Positions 37,601 to 49,849 of a stretch of DNA of 64,000 nt are shown one piece after another (within the stretch, counting starts at the first letter, position 1; each line of letters starts with the position of its first letter). This DNA comes from Octopus sinensis (taxonomy: Eukaryota), in assembly GCF_006345805.1 (NCBI RefSeq), contig NC_043014.1:39308001-39372000 (forward strand), read 5' to 3'. The translations under genes were made by a program, and so were the position numbers. The notes beneath the pieces are model-generated. The model was not told the DNA's origin and made no database searches. It was given only the letters and a program-made list of their open reading frames with translations.

Positions 37601-40600
37601 GCTTGGCACCCGTGACGTCGCAACTCATTTCTACAGCTGAGTTAACTGGAGCAACGTGAAAAAAAGTGTCTTGCTCAAGAACACAACACGCAGCCCGGTC
37701 CGGGATTCGAACTCACAACCTTACGATCATAAGCTCGACGCTCTAACCACTGAGCCATGCGCCTTCACTATTTTAATCTTAATTAATTTTGTTACCATCT
37801 AATTTCTTTACTACCCACAAGGGGCTAAACATACAGGGGACAAACAAGGACAGACAAAGGGATTAAGTCGATTATATCGATCCCAGTGTGTAACTGGTAC
37901 TTATTTAATCGACCCCGATGAAAGGATGAAAGGATGAAAGGCAAAGTCGAATTTGAACTCAGAACGTAGCGGCAGACGAAGACCAGTAAGCATTTCACTT
38001 GGCGTGCTTAATGTTTCTGCCAGCTCGCCACCTTTTATTACCATCTAACATTATGGGATGAGCCATGGACATTTCTAGCCTAGAAATCGGAGATGGTATG
38101 TCTAGACAAAGCACAAACAACTCTACAAGTTTTGAAGTAATACAAAATCCCTTCATTTACAACACATCTGGAAACATAAATGTGGGGATGAAATTTTCTT
38201 AGTGGTTGCAAATCCAGGTTTAATCCATGATGTTCAAAGCGTCTTCATTGTCTCAACAAAAATTTAAGGAAGTGCACTTGCACCCCTGAACCTCCTGTTC
38301 CTGAGCCTGTCTGGAAATGCACCAACATTAAAAATTTTCATTCTTTCTTTCCTGTTTAATTCTCATAGAGTTAGTTATTTTAAATGAAAGTTAGAGATCA
38401 ATGCTATGACGACATCATTATACTTGGAACAATAAAAAGAAGACTAATAGTATGGTAAAAAAAAAAAGATGGGACATATCCATAAAGGGCCTTTCTGAGT
38501 GGTGTAACATACCAACAGATGAAGTTTTTCATCAAATCAATCTGCAACTGTGTCCAAAATCCATTTCACTTATGTCTACTTAACACACGGAGGTACAATG
38601 GCCCAGTGGTTAGGGCAGCGGACTCGCGGTCGTAGGATCGCGGTTTTGATTCCCAGACCGGGCGTTGTGAGTGTTTATTGAGCGAAAACACCTAAAAGCT
38701 CCACAAGGCTCCAGCAGGGGATGGTGGTGATCCCTGCTGTACTCTTTCACCACAACTTTCTCTCACTCTTACTTCCTGTTTCTGTTGTACCTGTATTTCA
38801 AATACAGGTATGCTAACGATTCTGCTAACGATTCTGCTAGCTCACCACCTTAATCAAACTAATAACTTTACAATCGTGAGCTGAATACCCTGATCACTAG
38901 GTGACACAAAGACGAATTATACTAACTATTACAATCACATGGTAAAATCTCTATCTCTATGAAATGAATTGGAGACTGTCAACCTAACATCATCATTATT
39001 ATTATTATTATTATTATTAAGCTCCAAATGTTTGTGAATAAATGTCTCCAGAACATCCTTCAGGTGAGGTGGTGAGCTTTGTGGGTGAACTAGCAATCTA
39101 TCAAAAACCCAGATCAAGAGGAGGAAATGGAGTTGGTTAGGAATGTGTTTCCCTCATTACGAGGTGTCTTCCAATGGACATCCCAAGGAAGATGGAAGCA
39201 TAGCAGTCCAAAATATCATGGAGATGCTCCACAGAAGTTAAAGCATAGGCAGGTAGTTACACCTGGGGACAACTGCAATCCATTGCCAAAGGTTGAAACA
39301 GATGGAAATCTGTTACTCACATGGAGTTTAAAAATTTAAGAAGAATTACTGCAGCAGTATCTTCATTGTAATGTTTTTCTCGGCACATAATGTTGTTAAA
39401 ATGGATTTCATTTGCAATTTCAGTTCATTATAGAATCATTTAATCTAACCCCAAATATATTTATTGTCAGACTTTGAATTATTTTGCTAAGAGATTTTCT
39501 AACTTTGCATTACAAAAGCATCTAGTTTTTTTTATGTCAGCTGCTTCATAAAAATTATCATTTAATTTTGATTAGAAAAATACCACTGATTACATTATTA
39601 ACTAATTTATGAAAGACTTGAGAGCCCTATATGGGATGGGTGTAGATGTCACATACCAGATATCATAATGCCAAGAGATCCTGATGAGCTATCTTCATGG
39701 CATTAATGGTAAATGAGGGCAGCAACTTCAAATTCCCTCATCCACCAAATGCCAATTATAAAAAGAGGGTTATGGTAAATGTAGCAAAACCAATGGTGAT
39801 GACCCAGGATGAGTCGAAACCGGTAAAAGAGTAAAAGATTAAGAACCAAGAACTTACCACCAAATACACCAAAGCTGAGAATTAGGACTCCCAGACTATT
39901 GGAGTATCCACTGCAAAATATGGCTATGGCACAAAAGACAGCTCCAGCAATCGTCGTAGCACGGCATCCAAATTTGTTTGCACAACCGCTGACAACTGGT
40001 CCTGAATGAAAAAAGATCAATAACCAATAATATTTTAAACAAAACATGATATATATATTTTAATTCTTTCTTTATACATGGCTTTCTCCCACTGCCTCTC
40101 TCACAGGAAGTAATTTATTTTTGTTGTTGTCGACTATGGTCTCAGTCAGCCATACATAAGGCAACTGGAATCAACCATTTCGCCTTCAGCTTTCTCTGTC
40201 AAATATAATATATTTCTTTACTACCCACAAGGGGCTAAACTTAATTTATTGACCCCAAAAGGATGAAAGGCAAAGTTGACCTCGGCGGGATTTGAACTCA
40301 GAACGTAACGGCAAACAAAATAAGGCCACGCATTTCGCCTGGCGTGCTAACGTTTCTGCCACCTCGCCGCCTCAAAAAAAAACAACATAATACTGTCAAA
40401 TATAATACTGGCCCACATTATTTTCAATTAATCATGCATTATGTGTAGCTTTGAAATTTTGATGTAATGATTGCTTATCTTTAGAAGGTTGTAGAGTGGT
40501 TGTGAAATGAGTCTGTATATTTTTAGAATAGCATTGTAGAGTAGGTGTGAGAGGTTGGATGTCATCAGTTTGAACATAAAAAAAGTAGAATATTTGGGCT

Positions 40601-42339
40601 GGATATACTCTCTCTTTACTCTTTTACTTGTTTCAGTCATTTGACTGTGGCCATGCTGGAGCACCGCCTTTAGTCGATCAAATCGACCCCGGGACTTATT
40701 CTTTTTAAGCCCAGTACTTATTCTATCGGTCTCTTTTGCCGAACCACTAAGTGACGGGGACGTAAACACACAAGCATCGGTTGTCAAGCAATGCTAGGGG
40801 GACAAACACAGACACACAAACACATACACACACATATATATATATATACATATATATGATGGGCTTCTTTCAGTTTCCGTCTACCAAATCCACTCACAAG
40901 GCTTTGGTTGGTCCGGGGCTATAGCAGAAGACACTTGCCCAAGATGCTACACAGTGGGACTGAACCCGGAACCATGTGGTTGGTTAGCAAGCTACTTATC
41001 ACACAGCCACTCCTGCGCCTATGGTCAGTTTAAATGTTAAAGGATTAATCAATCAAACATTTGAGTGTAACTCATAAGTCCAACTCATGCTGAGAAAAAC
41101 GCTGCCGCCGTGGTGATCTCATTCTTGCTCACAACATCATAAGCGGAAAGTGTAACCTCTCAAAAGAGCTGTTCTTCACTCCTGCTCCAGAGCGTCGGCT
41201 GCAGGGTCACTCCGAAAAGCTCTATCTGCGACGATTTCATCTCAATCGAAGGAGAGGGGCTTTCTCCGTCTGGGTTGCGGATCCGTGGAATAAGCTGCCG
41301 GATGAGATAGTGAAGATGCCGACGACCACTCAGTTCAAAGTCTCTCTTGACCAGTAATAGCCTGAACTCTTTGCATGAACACCCTCCGTGTATATAACTC
41401 CATGTCCCCCTACATGGCCTTGCTTTTGCTTTTTGAGCTAAAAAATTAACTTAACTTAACAGTACAGTTTGATAGAGTATGAGACATTTTGGTAAAGCCA
41501 TTTTGGTGCTGCCTATTCAGTATTTATGATTTGATGTCGACTTATTTGACATGAAATGTTTGTGGATGGATTTAGACAATATTTGTTCTTAAGAATATTG
41601 TTGACAATAGCTTCAATGTTTTGACCAGTTATTTTTATTATAACCAATCATAAAACAAACATTAAATTAATGTGTGTGTGCCCTTGTTTTTGACAATAAT
41701 GAGCAGCATTGTCATACAAGTGTTGTTATTTATTTCCAGTCATGTCCGGTGATTCACCACAGGGAAAGTTTACCGTCATCAGTTCACCATTCTTTTTTTT
41801 TTTTAGTAAAATAGTTTTAAACTATAAATGGTGAGATATTATGGCTATATTTTCGCGGTAAACTTTCCTTGCAGTGAATTTTCCTCATGGCGAACTGATG
41901 GCAGTGAACTTCTCTGTAATTGTTTCCAGTCTCCCCATAATAAGTATGTCGGGTCATGGGAAAATGTTACAGGTGTGGGTTGGCAACAGGAAGAGCATCC
42001 AGCCATAGAAAGTCTGCCTCAACAATTTCTGTCTGAACCATGCAAGCATGGAAAATCATCATCATCATCATTGTCGTAATTGTCGTCGTTGTCATCGTCA
42101 TTGTTGTCGTTGTCATCATCATCGTCAGTGTCTTCACTCCCACTACCACCACCACCACCACCAGGTTACCTTCTCAAGTCATGCTGACTCATAAGAGCTG
42201 GTTTCCCAGTTTCCATGGCGTGTATAAATTCCCCACCTGGATGGGATGCCAGTCCATCTCAGGATTACTCATTTTTGCCAGCTCGGTTTACAGGAGCAAA
42301 GTGAAATATATAATATTAATAATAATAATAATAATAATA

Positions 42340-42384
<45 letters not shown>

Positions 42385-44663
42385 AATTATTGTATACTGT
42401 GCTCAGGTGCACCACAACTTGTCAAAAGTGCATGTAAAGCATGTGCCTTAATGTACAAATGTCTGGGAAGTGAACAGTGTATGAGTCAGATACATGCTTG
42501 TGTGTGTATGGAGGGGAGAAAATCTGGTGTAGTGTTGGCGAATCTCGGGAAGCATGGAAGTTTTGAAGGATGCAGTGCTCCGACAACTAACAACTGATGC
42601 CGGCAGTTTGTTCTGTGCTTCAGCAACTCTTAGCGTGAAAAAATGTTTCCTAAAGTCATGGGAGCTGTGCTGTTTTCTGACTTTGTAAATATGTCCACGG
42701 GTGTTAGACAGGTGGAGTTTGAAAAGGTGCTCAGAGTTATTGTTAGTAAGATGGTTAATAATTTTATGAGTGTCTGCCAAGTCAGCTGCCAGACGTCGAG
42801 TTTCAATGTATCCATGCCCAGGGAAGTGAGGTGCTCAGAATATGGCATAATGCCTGATGGAGGGTATGAAATATTTTGCTTAAGAACACAACACATAGAC
42901 AGCTCCAGGAATTGAAACCATAATCTTCCAATCACGAGTCCAACACCCTAACCACTAAGCCACGTGACTCCACTGGCAAGGCCAGGACCTGCACCAGATT
43001 CCACAATCTGTTTTCAGCTTGGGTTCTACAGCTGGATGCCTTTCCTAATGTTAAATGATAATAATGATAACAACTTTAGGTAAACAAAAGTTATAAACCA
43101 AGAATAAATTGGACCTAGAATTAAAAAGTCTGGGTTGTATGTAGGTATTTTGATAGCATATATGAAATATTCTCAAAGAATTAATATTTCTACTCATCAG
43201 TTGTTTTTTTAGAGAAGTGGGATCTTTTCCTTTTGAACAGCACATGTCAACACAATTTCTAGTTAACTAAACACTTTAAAACTTTGCATACTGGTATTTT
43301 TTTCTCTTGGCTTTCTTGATAAAATTGTAATTCGTTTGTTTAACGTAATTTAATTTTTCGAATTTTAGCCAATGAATCGCCTCTAATTGAGCTAAAATCA
43401 TTTGCTGCGTCTAAAACTGAGACAACATCTTGTCACTAACCCTAAACCTCACCCTAACCCTAACCCTAATTTTTTTTTCCTTAATTGTTACGCGTGTAAA
43501 AAAAATGAAAGCAATGGAAAATAATTTAAACAATTAACAAACAAAATAATTTTATAATTTTATACACACGCTTTCCGTAACACACGCTTTCCGTCTACGT
43601 ACGGAAAGCGTGTGTATAAAATTATAGAATTATTTTGTTTGTTAATTGTTTTAGACGCAGCAAATGATTTTAGCTCAATTAGAGGCGATTCATTGGTTAA
43701 AATTCGAAAAATTAAACTACGTTAAACAAACGAATTACAATTTTATCAAGAAAGCCAAGAGAAAAAAATGTTTTATTTTGACACATTCTACCAGTGTGCC
43801 GTTCAAAAGGAAAAGATCCAAGAAGTGTTGTTTTATAAGGGAAGTATTGTTTTAAATCTTCTTTACCTCAAAACTCAGTTCTTCCTTGAAAGATATAAAA
43901 GGTCATAAACAGCTGGAGCTTTCTCAGTTGCAATTAATAAAGATTATGAGGTTATTAAGTAATTAAAGGTGTCAGGTGAGATATAGACTTATCTGTCAAA
44001 AGATATTGGTTCCTTCTCTGTAGACTATGTGGTCAAGAAATTTGGCATCTTTTCAGTTTGAACAGCAGTTTTTTCTAGCGGTGTCATATGAAATTGTCAC
44101 CCATAATTATGACCCTAGTATCGATCTATTGCATTTCAATCTGTTTTAGGGTTAGGGTTAGGGTTAGGATTAGGGTATCTTTTTTCTTCAGAAATGTAAA
44201 TAAACCCAATCTGTTTTTTAAACGAGGGACATATTCATACGGCACAAAATGTTTTCACCTCAATAGACGTCATTGATTGGTTGAAATTGCAGAAATTGAA
44301 GAAAAAAACAACAAATATCTTACAAACTATTGAATTTTCTCAAGAAATCCAAGAGGAAAAGATGTTTTATAAACACATTCTACCAGTATACGAAGTTTAA
44401 AAGTGTTTAGTTACGTGGAAATTATTAAAAAAAAACTGCCATTCAAACCGAAAAGATCCGAAATTTGTTTTGGAACCACAAGGTTTCTGATTCATTCACT
44501 AAGTATGTGGTATCTTGATCCAGTGTTTTCTACTATAGCGTGAGGTGACCAATGCTCCATGAGTGAAATTTAGTAGACAGGAAGCTCTCTCTCATTCAAT
44601 GCACACACACACACACACATGTATGCATATATATGTGTATATCTATCTATCTATCTATCTATG

Positions 44664-44694
<31 letters not shown>

Positions 44695-44811
44695 ATATAT
44701 ATATGTACATACACATATATACTAGCAGTGACATAGGTGGATTGTAGGCACAGTAGCATTAAATAGCTATGAATTATAAATTTGCACGAAGCGTAAGGAT
44801 GCTTAACAAGC

Positions 44812-44846
<35 letters not shown>

Positions 44847-45899
44847 GAGTTTAGAGGGATATATTATCTGGGCAAATACTATGGTAGCTCTCAGTTATGA
44901 TCCAGATTATGGCTAACTGCATCAATTAGTATTAAGCGTCTATGACAACTAGGAGTTGTCACTTACACCCTGTTAAATTCCTCTGATGAGTAACTCTGTG
45001 TTTGCTTCACTGGATGGTAATACTATCTGGAGTTGCAATAATTATAACGATAGACAATATGGAGACTGGTACATACTGAAAATTTATTTCCTTTTATTTT
45101 ACAATGTTGTGCCACATATTTTATTGTAACCATAAAAATTTGCTGTATGACATTGTAAAACAAAAGGAAATAAAGCATGTGGAGGTACCAATCTCCATAT
45201 TCTCAGGTGTTATAATCATTGCAAAATACACACACACACATGTATATATATATATATGTGGAAGCTCTCCGTCGGTTACGACGACGAGGGTTCCGGTTGA
45301 TCCGATCAACGGAACAGCCTGCTCGTGAAATTAACGTGTAAGTGGCTGAGCACTCCACAGACACGTGTACCCTTAACGTAGTTCTCGGGGATATTCAGCG
45401 TGACACAGAGAGTGACGAGGCCGGCCCTTTGAAATACAGGTACAACAGAAACAGGAAGTAAGAGTGAGAGAAAGTTGTGGTGAAAGAGTACAGCAGGGAT
45501 CACCACCATCCCCTGCTGGAGCCTCGTGGAGCTTTTAGGTGTTTTCGCTCAATAAACACTCACAACACCCGGTCTGGGAATCGGAACCGCGATCCTATGA
45601 CCACGAGTCCGCTGCCCTAACCACTGGGCCATATATATATATATATATATCCTTCGAAACGTAGAGTAGATGAAACCTTAGCGACTGAAGAAGGGGATTT
45701 TTCGTTGTGCTAATTGTCTTGTATCCCTTTTTTTTTTTTTTTTTTGCTTGTCCTGTTCCTTGGTTTGTGTCTATGTTTTTCGTCTCTCTATGTGTTCGAC
45801 GTCTTTTTGGTGTCCTGTACACATATATGTGTGTATATGTACATGTAGAGGTAGGTACGTACATATATGTTTATATATACGCATATGTTCTATTTTATT

Positions 45900-45968
<69 letters not shown>

Positions 45969-45986
45969 CATACATACATACATACA

Positions 45987-46049
<63 letters not shown>

Positions 46050-46467
46050 TCTTGTTCTCTTTTACTCTGTTACTTGTTTCAGTCATTTGACTGCGGCCAA
46101 GCTGGAGCACCACCTTTAGTCGAGAAAATCGACCCCAGGACTTATTCTTTGTAAGCCTAGTACTTATTCTATCAGTCTCTTTTGCTGAATCGCTAAGTTA
46201 CGGGGACGTAAACACACCAGCATCAGTTGTCAAGCAATGTTGGCGGGGACAAACACAGACACACAAACATATACACACACATACACACATATATATATAC
46301 ATATATACAACAAGCTTCTTTCAGTTTCCACCTACCAAATCAACTCACAAGGCTTTAGTCGGCCCGAGGCTATAGTAGACGACACTTGCCCAGGTGCCAC
46401 GCAGTGGATCTGAACCTGGAACGATGTGGTTCGTAAGCAAGCTACTTACCACACAGCCGCTCCTGTG

Positions 46468-46508
<41 letters not shown>

Positions 46509-46957
46509 GTATGTATATATATATGCATATATGTGAATATATATATGTGTGTATATATATATATGCATTGCTTGAATGTTAGCTGACAGAGCAGGTAAAA
46601 CGTGTGTGTTGCTAATGATTAGTATCTCCACAGGTTGGTGCTTTATAGTAGTGACATTAAATTTTTTTTTAACATGCATAAATTCTAGTTGTATGGCATA
46701 AAATTCAACAAGCAACGACAATACAAAGAAAGACTATATTTACCGACGACCAAGTAACTTCCATTCAGGACGGACATAACCCAAGATGTCTCTGAATTGG
46801 TGCCTCCAAACTCAATGATTAAGTCGTTAAGGAAAACTCCGACGCTGAGACATATCCCATCCACCAGGACACTGATCATGAAGGAAGAAAATGTCACTAC
46901 CCAACCCCATCCGCCATCAGGGGCCACGGACATAGCTGGTAAGTCATGGCTTGGCAT
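20788..46957 (-). CDS. monocarboxylate transporter family (SLC16/MCT, MFS) protein, 6 coding exons, 582 aa
   Basis: complement join(46957-46744,40001-39858,37349-36555,30088-29819,23220-23095,20987-20788) = 1749 nt, all GT-AG, all phase 1. PDGGWGW motif, [20 protein letters not shown] motif, large central loop. In-frame TGA upstream of the ATG. SLC16 paralogue not assignable. Confidence 0.95.
21075..21790 (-). mobile_element. SINE family A interrupted by RTE-tail repeat (21304-21615)
   Basis: Both halves flank the insertion in the central microsatellite. Confidence 0.8.
22128..22530 (-). mobile_element. RTE 3' end / RTE-tail repeat
   Basis: (CAT)n + CCGCTTTCCATGCTAGCATGGGTTGG motif, internal tandem units. 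Confidence 0.75.
22612..23058 (-). mobile_element. SINE family A
   Basis: Full-length; ends ~35 bp from the MCT exon 5 donor. Confidence 0.85.
23095..23220 (-). CDS. MCT coding exon 5
   Basis: [24 protein letters not shown]...GSPIA; 126 nt. Confidence 0.95.
24012..24105 (+). ncRNA. near-intact type I hammerhead motif
   Basis: ACTTC(C)-CTGAAGA-GAAGATT...AATCTTT-GAAA-CGTGT-T-GAAGT; one extra C between stem I and core. Confidence 0.55.
24509..24594 (-). ncRNA. type I hammerhead ribozyme motif in left arm of inverted repeat
   Basis: Reverse complement of 25086-25171 with all core nucleotides retained. Confidence 0.72.
25086..25171 (+). ncRNA. type I hammerhead ribozyme motif in right arm of inverted repeat
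   Basis: ATTTTC-CTGAAGA-GAAAGCTGCA...TGCAGCCTTT-GAAA-CATGTGT-A-GAAAAT; stem I 6 bp, GUA triplet (cut after 25165). Confidence 0.75.
26035..26205. repeat. 171 bp palindrome (83 bp arms, 5 nt loop)
   Basis: 26035-26117 vs 26123-26205, one mismatch. Confidence 0.95.
27881..28690 (-). mobile_element. RTE LINE 3' end with ~60 bp tandem subrepeats
   Basis: [20 protein letters not shown] remnant; GTGCCACCGACACAGGTGCCAGACGAGG units 28040-28330; (CAT)n tail. Confidence 0.8.
29483..29627. mobile_element. Tc1/mariner-type MITE
   Basis: TIR AGGTTGTCCCAAAAGTT, TA ends. Confidence 0.7.
29819..30088 (-). CDS. MCT coding exon 4
   Basis: [10 protein letters not shown]...[13 protein letters not shown]...VYGICI; 270 nt. 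Confidence 0.95.
30228..30829 (-). mobile_element. SINE family A (partial 30228-30365 plus full 30421-30829)
   Basis: Family match. Confidence 0.85.
31078..31299. mobile_element. piggyBac-like MITE
   Basis: TTAA TSD on both sides, TIR CCCTTT.GTTACC. Confidence 0.8.
31445..31841 (-). mobile_element. non-autonomous Helitron (397 bp)
   Basis: A|TC 5' end, hairpin + CTAG|T 3' end; 3' end closely matches the 57.5 kb element. Confidence 0.85.
32104..32470 (-). mobile_element. SINE family A 3' half, tandemly duplicated
   Basis: ~140 bp internal duplication. Confidence 0.8.
32460..32935 (+). repeat. compound (CA)/(TG)/(GA) microsatellites
   Basis: Direct reading. Confidence 0.9.
33201..33580 (+). 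mobile_element. tRNA-derived SINE family B
   Basis: TGGCCCAGTGGTTAGGGCAGCGGACTCGCGGTCGTAGGATCGCGGTTTCGATTCC head; partial copy at 38588-38801. Confidence 0.85.
33589..33975 (-). mobile_element. RTE 3' end / RTE-tail repeat
   Basis: Same family as 22128-22530; further copies at 18228-18400, 21304-21615 and 26583-26840. Confidence 0.75.
34332..34377 (-). ncRNA. minimal type I hammerhead ribozyme motif (Penelope-pLTR style)
   Basis: GACAC-CTGATGA-A-GGCTG(loop)CAGCC-GAAA-CG-TT-GTGTT: stem I 5 bp, stem II 5-6 bp, palindromic ACGT stem III, GUU triplet. Confidence 0.75.
34408..34637 (+). repeat. compound trinucleotide microsatellite (ATT)(GTT)(ACT)(ATT)
   Basis: Direct reading; lies within the hammerhead-bearing repeat. 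Confidence 0.95.
34670..35052 (-). mobile_element. SINE family A (diverged)
   Basis: Family match. Confidence 0.75.
35466..35684. mobile_element. hAT (Charlie-like) MITE
   Basis: TIR CAGTGGTTTTCAA, perfect 8 bp TSD CTCTAGCA (35458-35465 and 35685-35692). Confidence 0.85.
36056..36440 (-). mobile_element. SINE family A
   Basis: Family match. Confidence 0.85.
36555..37349 (-). CDS. MCT coding exon 3
   Basis: [28 protein letters not shown]...FLLML; 795 nt. Confidence 0.95.
37432..37769 (-). mobile_element. tRNA-derived SINE (third family)
   Basis: GGCTCAGTGGTTAGAGCGTCGAGC...GTTCGAATCCC head; related diverged copy at 958-1232 (+). Confidence 0.75.
39858..40001 (-). CDS. MCT coding exon 2
   Basis: [21 protein letters not shown]...FGVFG; 144 nt. 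Confidence 0.95.
40608..41019 (-). mobile_element. SINE family A
   Basis: Family match. Confidence 0.85.
41085..41460 (+). mobile_element. CR1/L2-type LINE 3' end
   Basis: Same family as 8532-9481, (TTAAC)n tail. Confidence 0.8.
42310..42865 (-). mobile_element. CR1-type LINE 3' end (second family, ATT tail)
   Basis: [13 protein letters not shown]...EIRQHYT; (AAT)n 42310-42385 is its tail. Confidence 0.8.
43220..43819. mobile_element. Merlin-like MITE variant with internal inverted repeat
   Basis: TIRs, TSD (G/A)AGAAGTG, (CCCTAA)n at ~43440. Confidence 0.7.
44045..44459. mobile_element. Merlin-like MITE
   Basis: Perfect 8 bp TSD GAAATTTG; (TTAGGG)n at ~44146-44175. Confidence 0.75.
45259..45631 (-). 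mobile_element. SINE family B
   Basis: Reverse complement of 33201-33580. Confidence 0.85.
46050..46469 (-). mobile_element. SINE family A
   Basis: Family match. Confidence 0.85.
46744..46957 (-). CDS. MCT coding exon 1 (exon begins at acceptor 46981, so an upstream non-coding exon exists)
   Basis: [21 protein letters not shown]...NGSYLVV; acceptor tttgtttcag, donor G|GTAAAT. Confidence 0.93.
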
Positions 46958-47323
46958 AATCTCTCAGAGGATCAAGCAACACTGAAACAAATAAAAGAAA
47001 TAGTAATATATTAATATAAAGTATAAAATAATCAGATATGAATTATTATCAAACCACATAAATTATCAACAAGTTTAGGCAAGATTCAACCAGCTTGATG
47101 TCAATTAAAATAAACAAGTAATTTGCTGTATATAATGGAAGTGCGGGCATAGGTCTTTAGTTTAGGATCTTGTTTCACTATTACATAGTTTTTTAGTCTT
47201 GCTTCCACTGCATCGCATCTCAGGCAAATGTTTTCTACAATAGCCTCAGATTGACGAATAATCTGCGACAGAAATTTGTATACAAAAACTAATATATACA
47301 TATATATATAAATATATATATAG

Positions 47324-47358
<35 letters not shown>

Positions 47359-47417
47359 ACACACACACATATATATACAGAGAGAGAGAGAGAGAGAGAG
47401 ATAGATACATATCCTGT

Positions 47418-47488
<71 letters not shown>

Positions 47489-47492
47489 TATG

Positions 47493-47708
47493 ATAAATAT
47501 AAGAGAGTGGTCAATATATTGCTCACTCTAGCACCAGTTAATCCAAAAGGTTTCAACCACGAAAATACATGTTTCCCATGAAAGCCAGTACGACTGTGAG
47601 CTAACAGTCGTACTGGCTTTCATGGGAAACATGTATTTTCGTGGTTGAAACCTTTTGGATTAACTGGTGCTAGAGTGAGCAATATATTGACCACTCTCTT
47701 ATATTTAT
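47493..47708. repeat. 216 bp palindrome (105 bp arms)
   Basis: 47493-47597 vs 47604-47708 perfect; central GAGCTA. Confidence 0.95.
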
Positions 47709-47944
47709 TTTGTAAAAATATTATAATATGTTATAAAATATTATAATAATCCAGGTTTCTCGTAGCACTAGGCCACTTGGTGTTGAATAAATATACTATT
47801 AAATTAGTATCTAATTCTCTCACCCTTATTAATTAATTATATATATATGTATATATATACGTATACATATATATGCATGTGTGAGTGAGTATTTGTGAGC
47901 ATGCTTATGTGTGTATATATAAATATATATCTAATCTCTCTTGC

Positions 47945-47946
47945 TG

Positions 47947-47989
<43 letters not shown>

Positions 47990-48005
47990 ATATATATATA
48001 TATAT

Positions 48006-48047
<42 letters not shown>

Positions 48048-48055
48048 ATATATAT

Positions 48056-48121
<66 letters not shown>

Positions 48122-48135
48122 ATATAAATATATAT
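47945..48135 (+). repeat. (TA)n microsatellite, one of many
   Basis: Direct reading. Confidence 0.95.
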
Positions 48136-48436
48136 CTTTTGTTCTTTAACCCAAAGAACAATGTTCAGTTTCTCTGTCAGTGTACTAGGTCATTTATTGA
48201 ATAATTCCACAAATATTCATTATCACTATTAATGTATACAAACTACTCTATTTCTTTATCAGTTTTTTCTATATTATTTTTTTTAGTCTTTTCTATGATT
48301 TGCTGGCATTTCGTTATGATCACATTTACTGTCTATACTTTAGCCCACACCTTATAACAGAACTAAAAATGCTATGATTTCGACTATTATTTAGGTGACA
48401 CGTATTTTTTTCACGTGTATAATAATAGTAATAGTA

Positions 48437-48478
<42 letters not shown>

Positions 48479-49261
48479 GTAATAGTAATAATAATAATAA
48501 TAATACTGGGCCCCACCTGCAAGGTCATGTGCTGTATATCTTGATATGAGATCACCATGTCGCACACATATGGTTGTGATGCATGTGCCTGGTGTACCCT
48601 TATCAGACGGGTAGTCATGATGGGTATATTGGGCTTCGTATATTTTACCCCAGTGTCACTTTGATGGCATGAACTGCTCTCTCACTCAATAATAATAATG
48701 GGTTTATGGTGTTTTGTGTTTCCATAGATATTTCAAACAATGATTTGTATTTTTTAGGGTAGAGAATGGCAGAATTTGTGGAACACTCATCATTATCATT
48801 ACTGTCACCCCACCCGACCCCACCCCACCACCACCTGAGGGAAAGACTGAGCGAAAAAATACTTTAACTGTCTACTTTTTATGGTCTACTTTTTCCTATT
48901 GGTGTCTTTTACCGAACCGCTAAGTTACGGGGATGTAAACACACCAGCATCGGTTGTCAAGCGATGTTGGGGGGGGGACAAACACAGACACACAAACATA
49001 TACACACACATACACACACACACACACACCTACACACACACACACACACGCACACACACACACACACACACACGCACACACACGCGCACACAGACTCACA
49101 CAAACCTAGAGAATCAAAATCTTAATCTTTTTCTTTCTCCTGAAGCCCTAAACCTTTATGTTGTCGTCGTCGTTGAGGTCATTATCATCATCATCGTTGT
49201 TGTCCTCGTAGTTATTATCATCGTGGATTTTGTCGATGGAAATTGAAAGAAGCCTTTCGTA

Positions 49262-49264
49262 CAG

Positions 49265-49295
<31 letters not shown>

Positions 49296-49636
49296 TGTAT
49301 GTATGTATGTATTGTATGTATGTATGTATGTATGTATATATGTATGTATGTATGCATGCATGTATGTATGTATGTATGTACGTATGTATGTGTGTGTATG
49401 TATGTATGTATGTATGAATGTATGTATGTATGCATGCATGCGTGTATGTTTGTATGTATGTATGTATGTGTGTATGTATGCATGTATGTGTGTGTATGTA
49501 TGTATGTATGTATGTATGTATGTATGTATGTATGTATGTGTGTGTGTATGTGTGTATGTATGTATGTTTGTATGTATGTATGTATGCATGCATGTTTGTA
49601 TGTATGTATGTATGTATGTATGTATGTATGTATGCA
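49262..49636 (+). repeat. (TATG)n array, inverse orientation to the 5 kb array
   Basis: Direct reading. Confidence 0.95.
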
Positions 49637-49849
49637 TATCATTATTCATTTTTATTTCAAGATTTCTTGCCAATAGAGAAAGAGCCAGCTTCTAATGTAG
49701 AATTTACTGTCTCCAAGTAAATTAATATGTCTCCACGGCCAGACATACTTTCACGGAATATTGGAAATAAATGACATTGCTTCCAATAACAGTGGCTCTC
49801 GATTACAACTATCAGGCAATGTCAAGACAAGGAGATACAAACATATATG

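Noticed and set aside
44983-45040. CTGATGA followed by a 7 bp stem (GTAACTC/GAGTTGC)
   Set aside because: No GAAA after the stem and no stem I partner; at best a heavily decayed motif.
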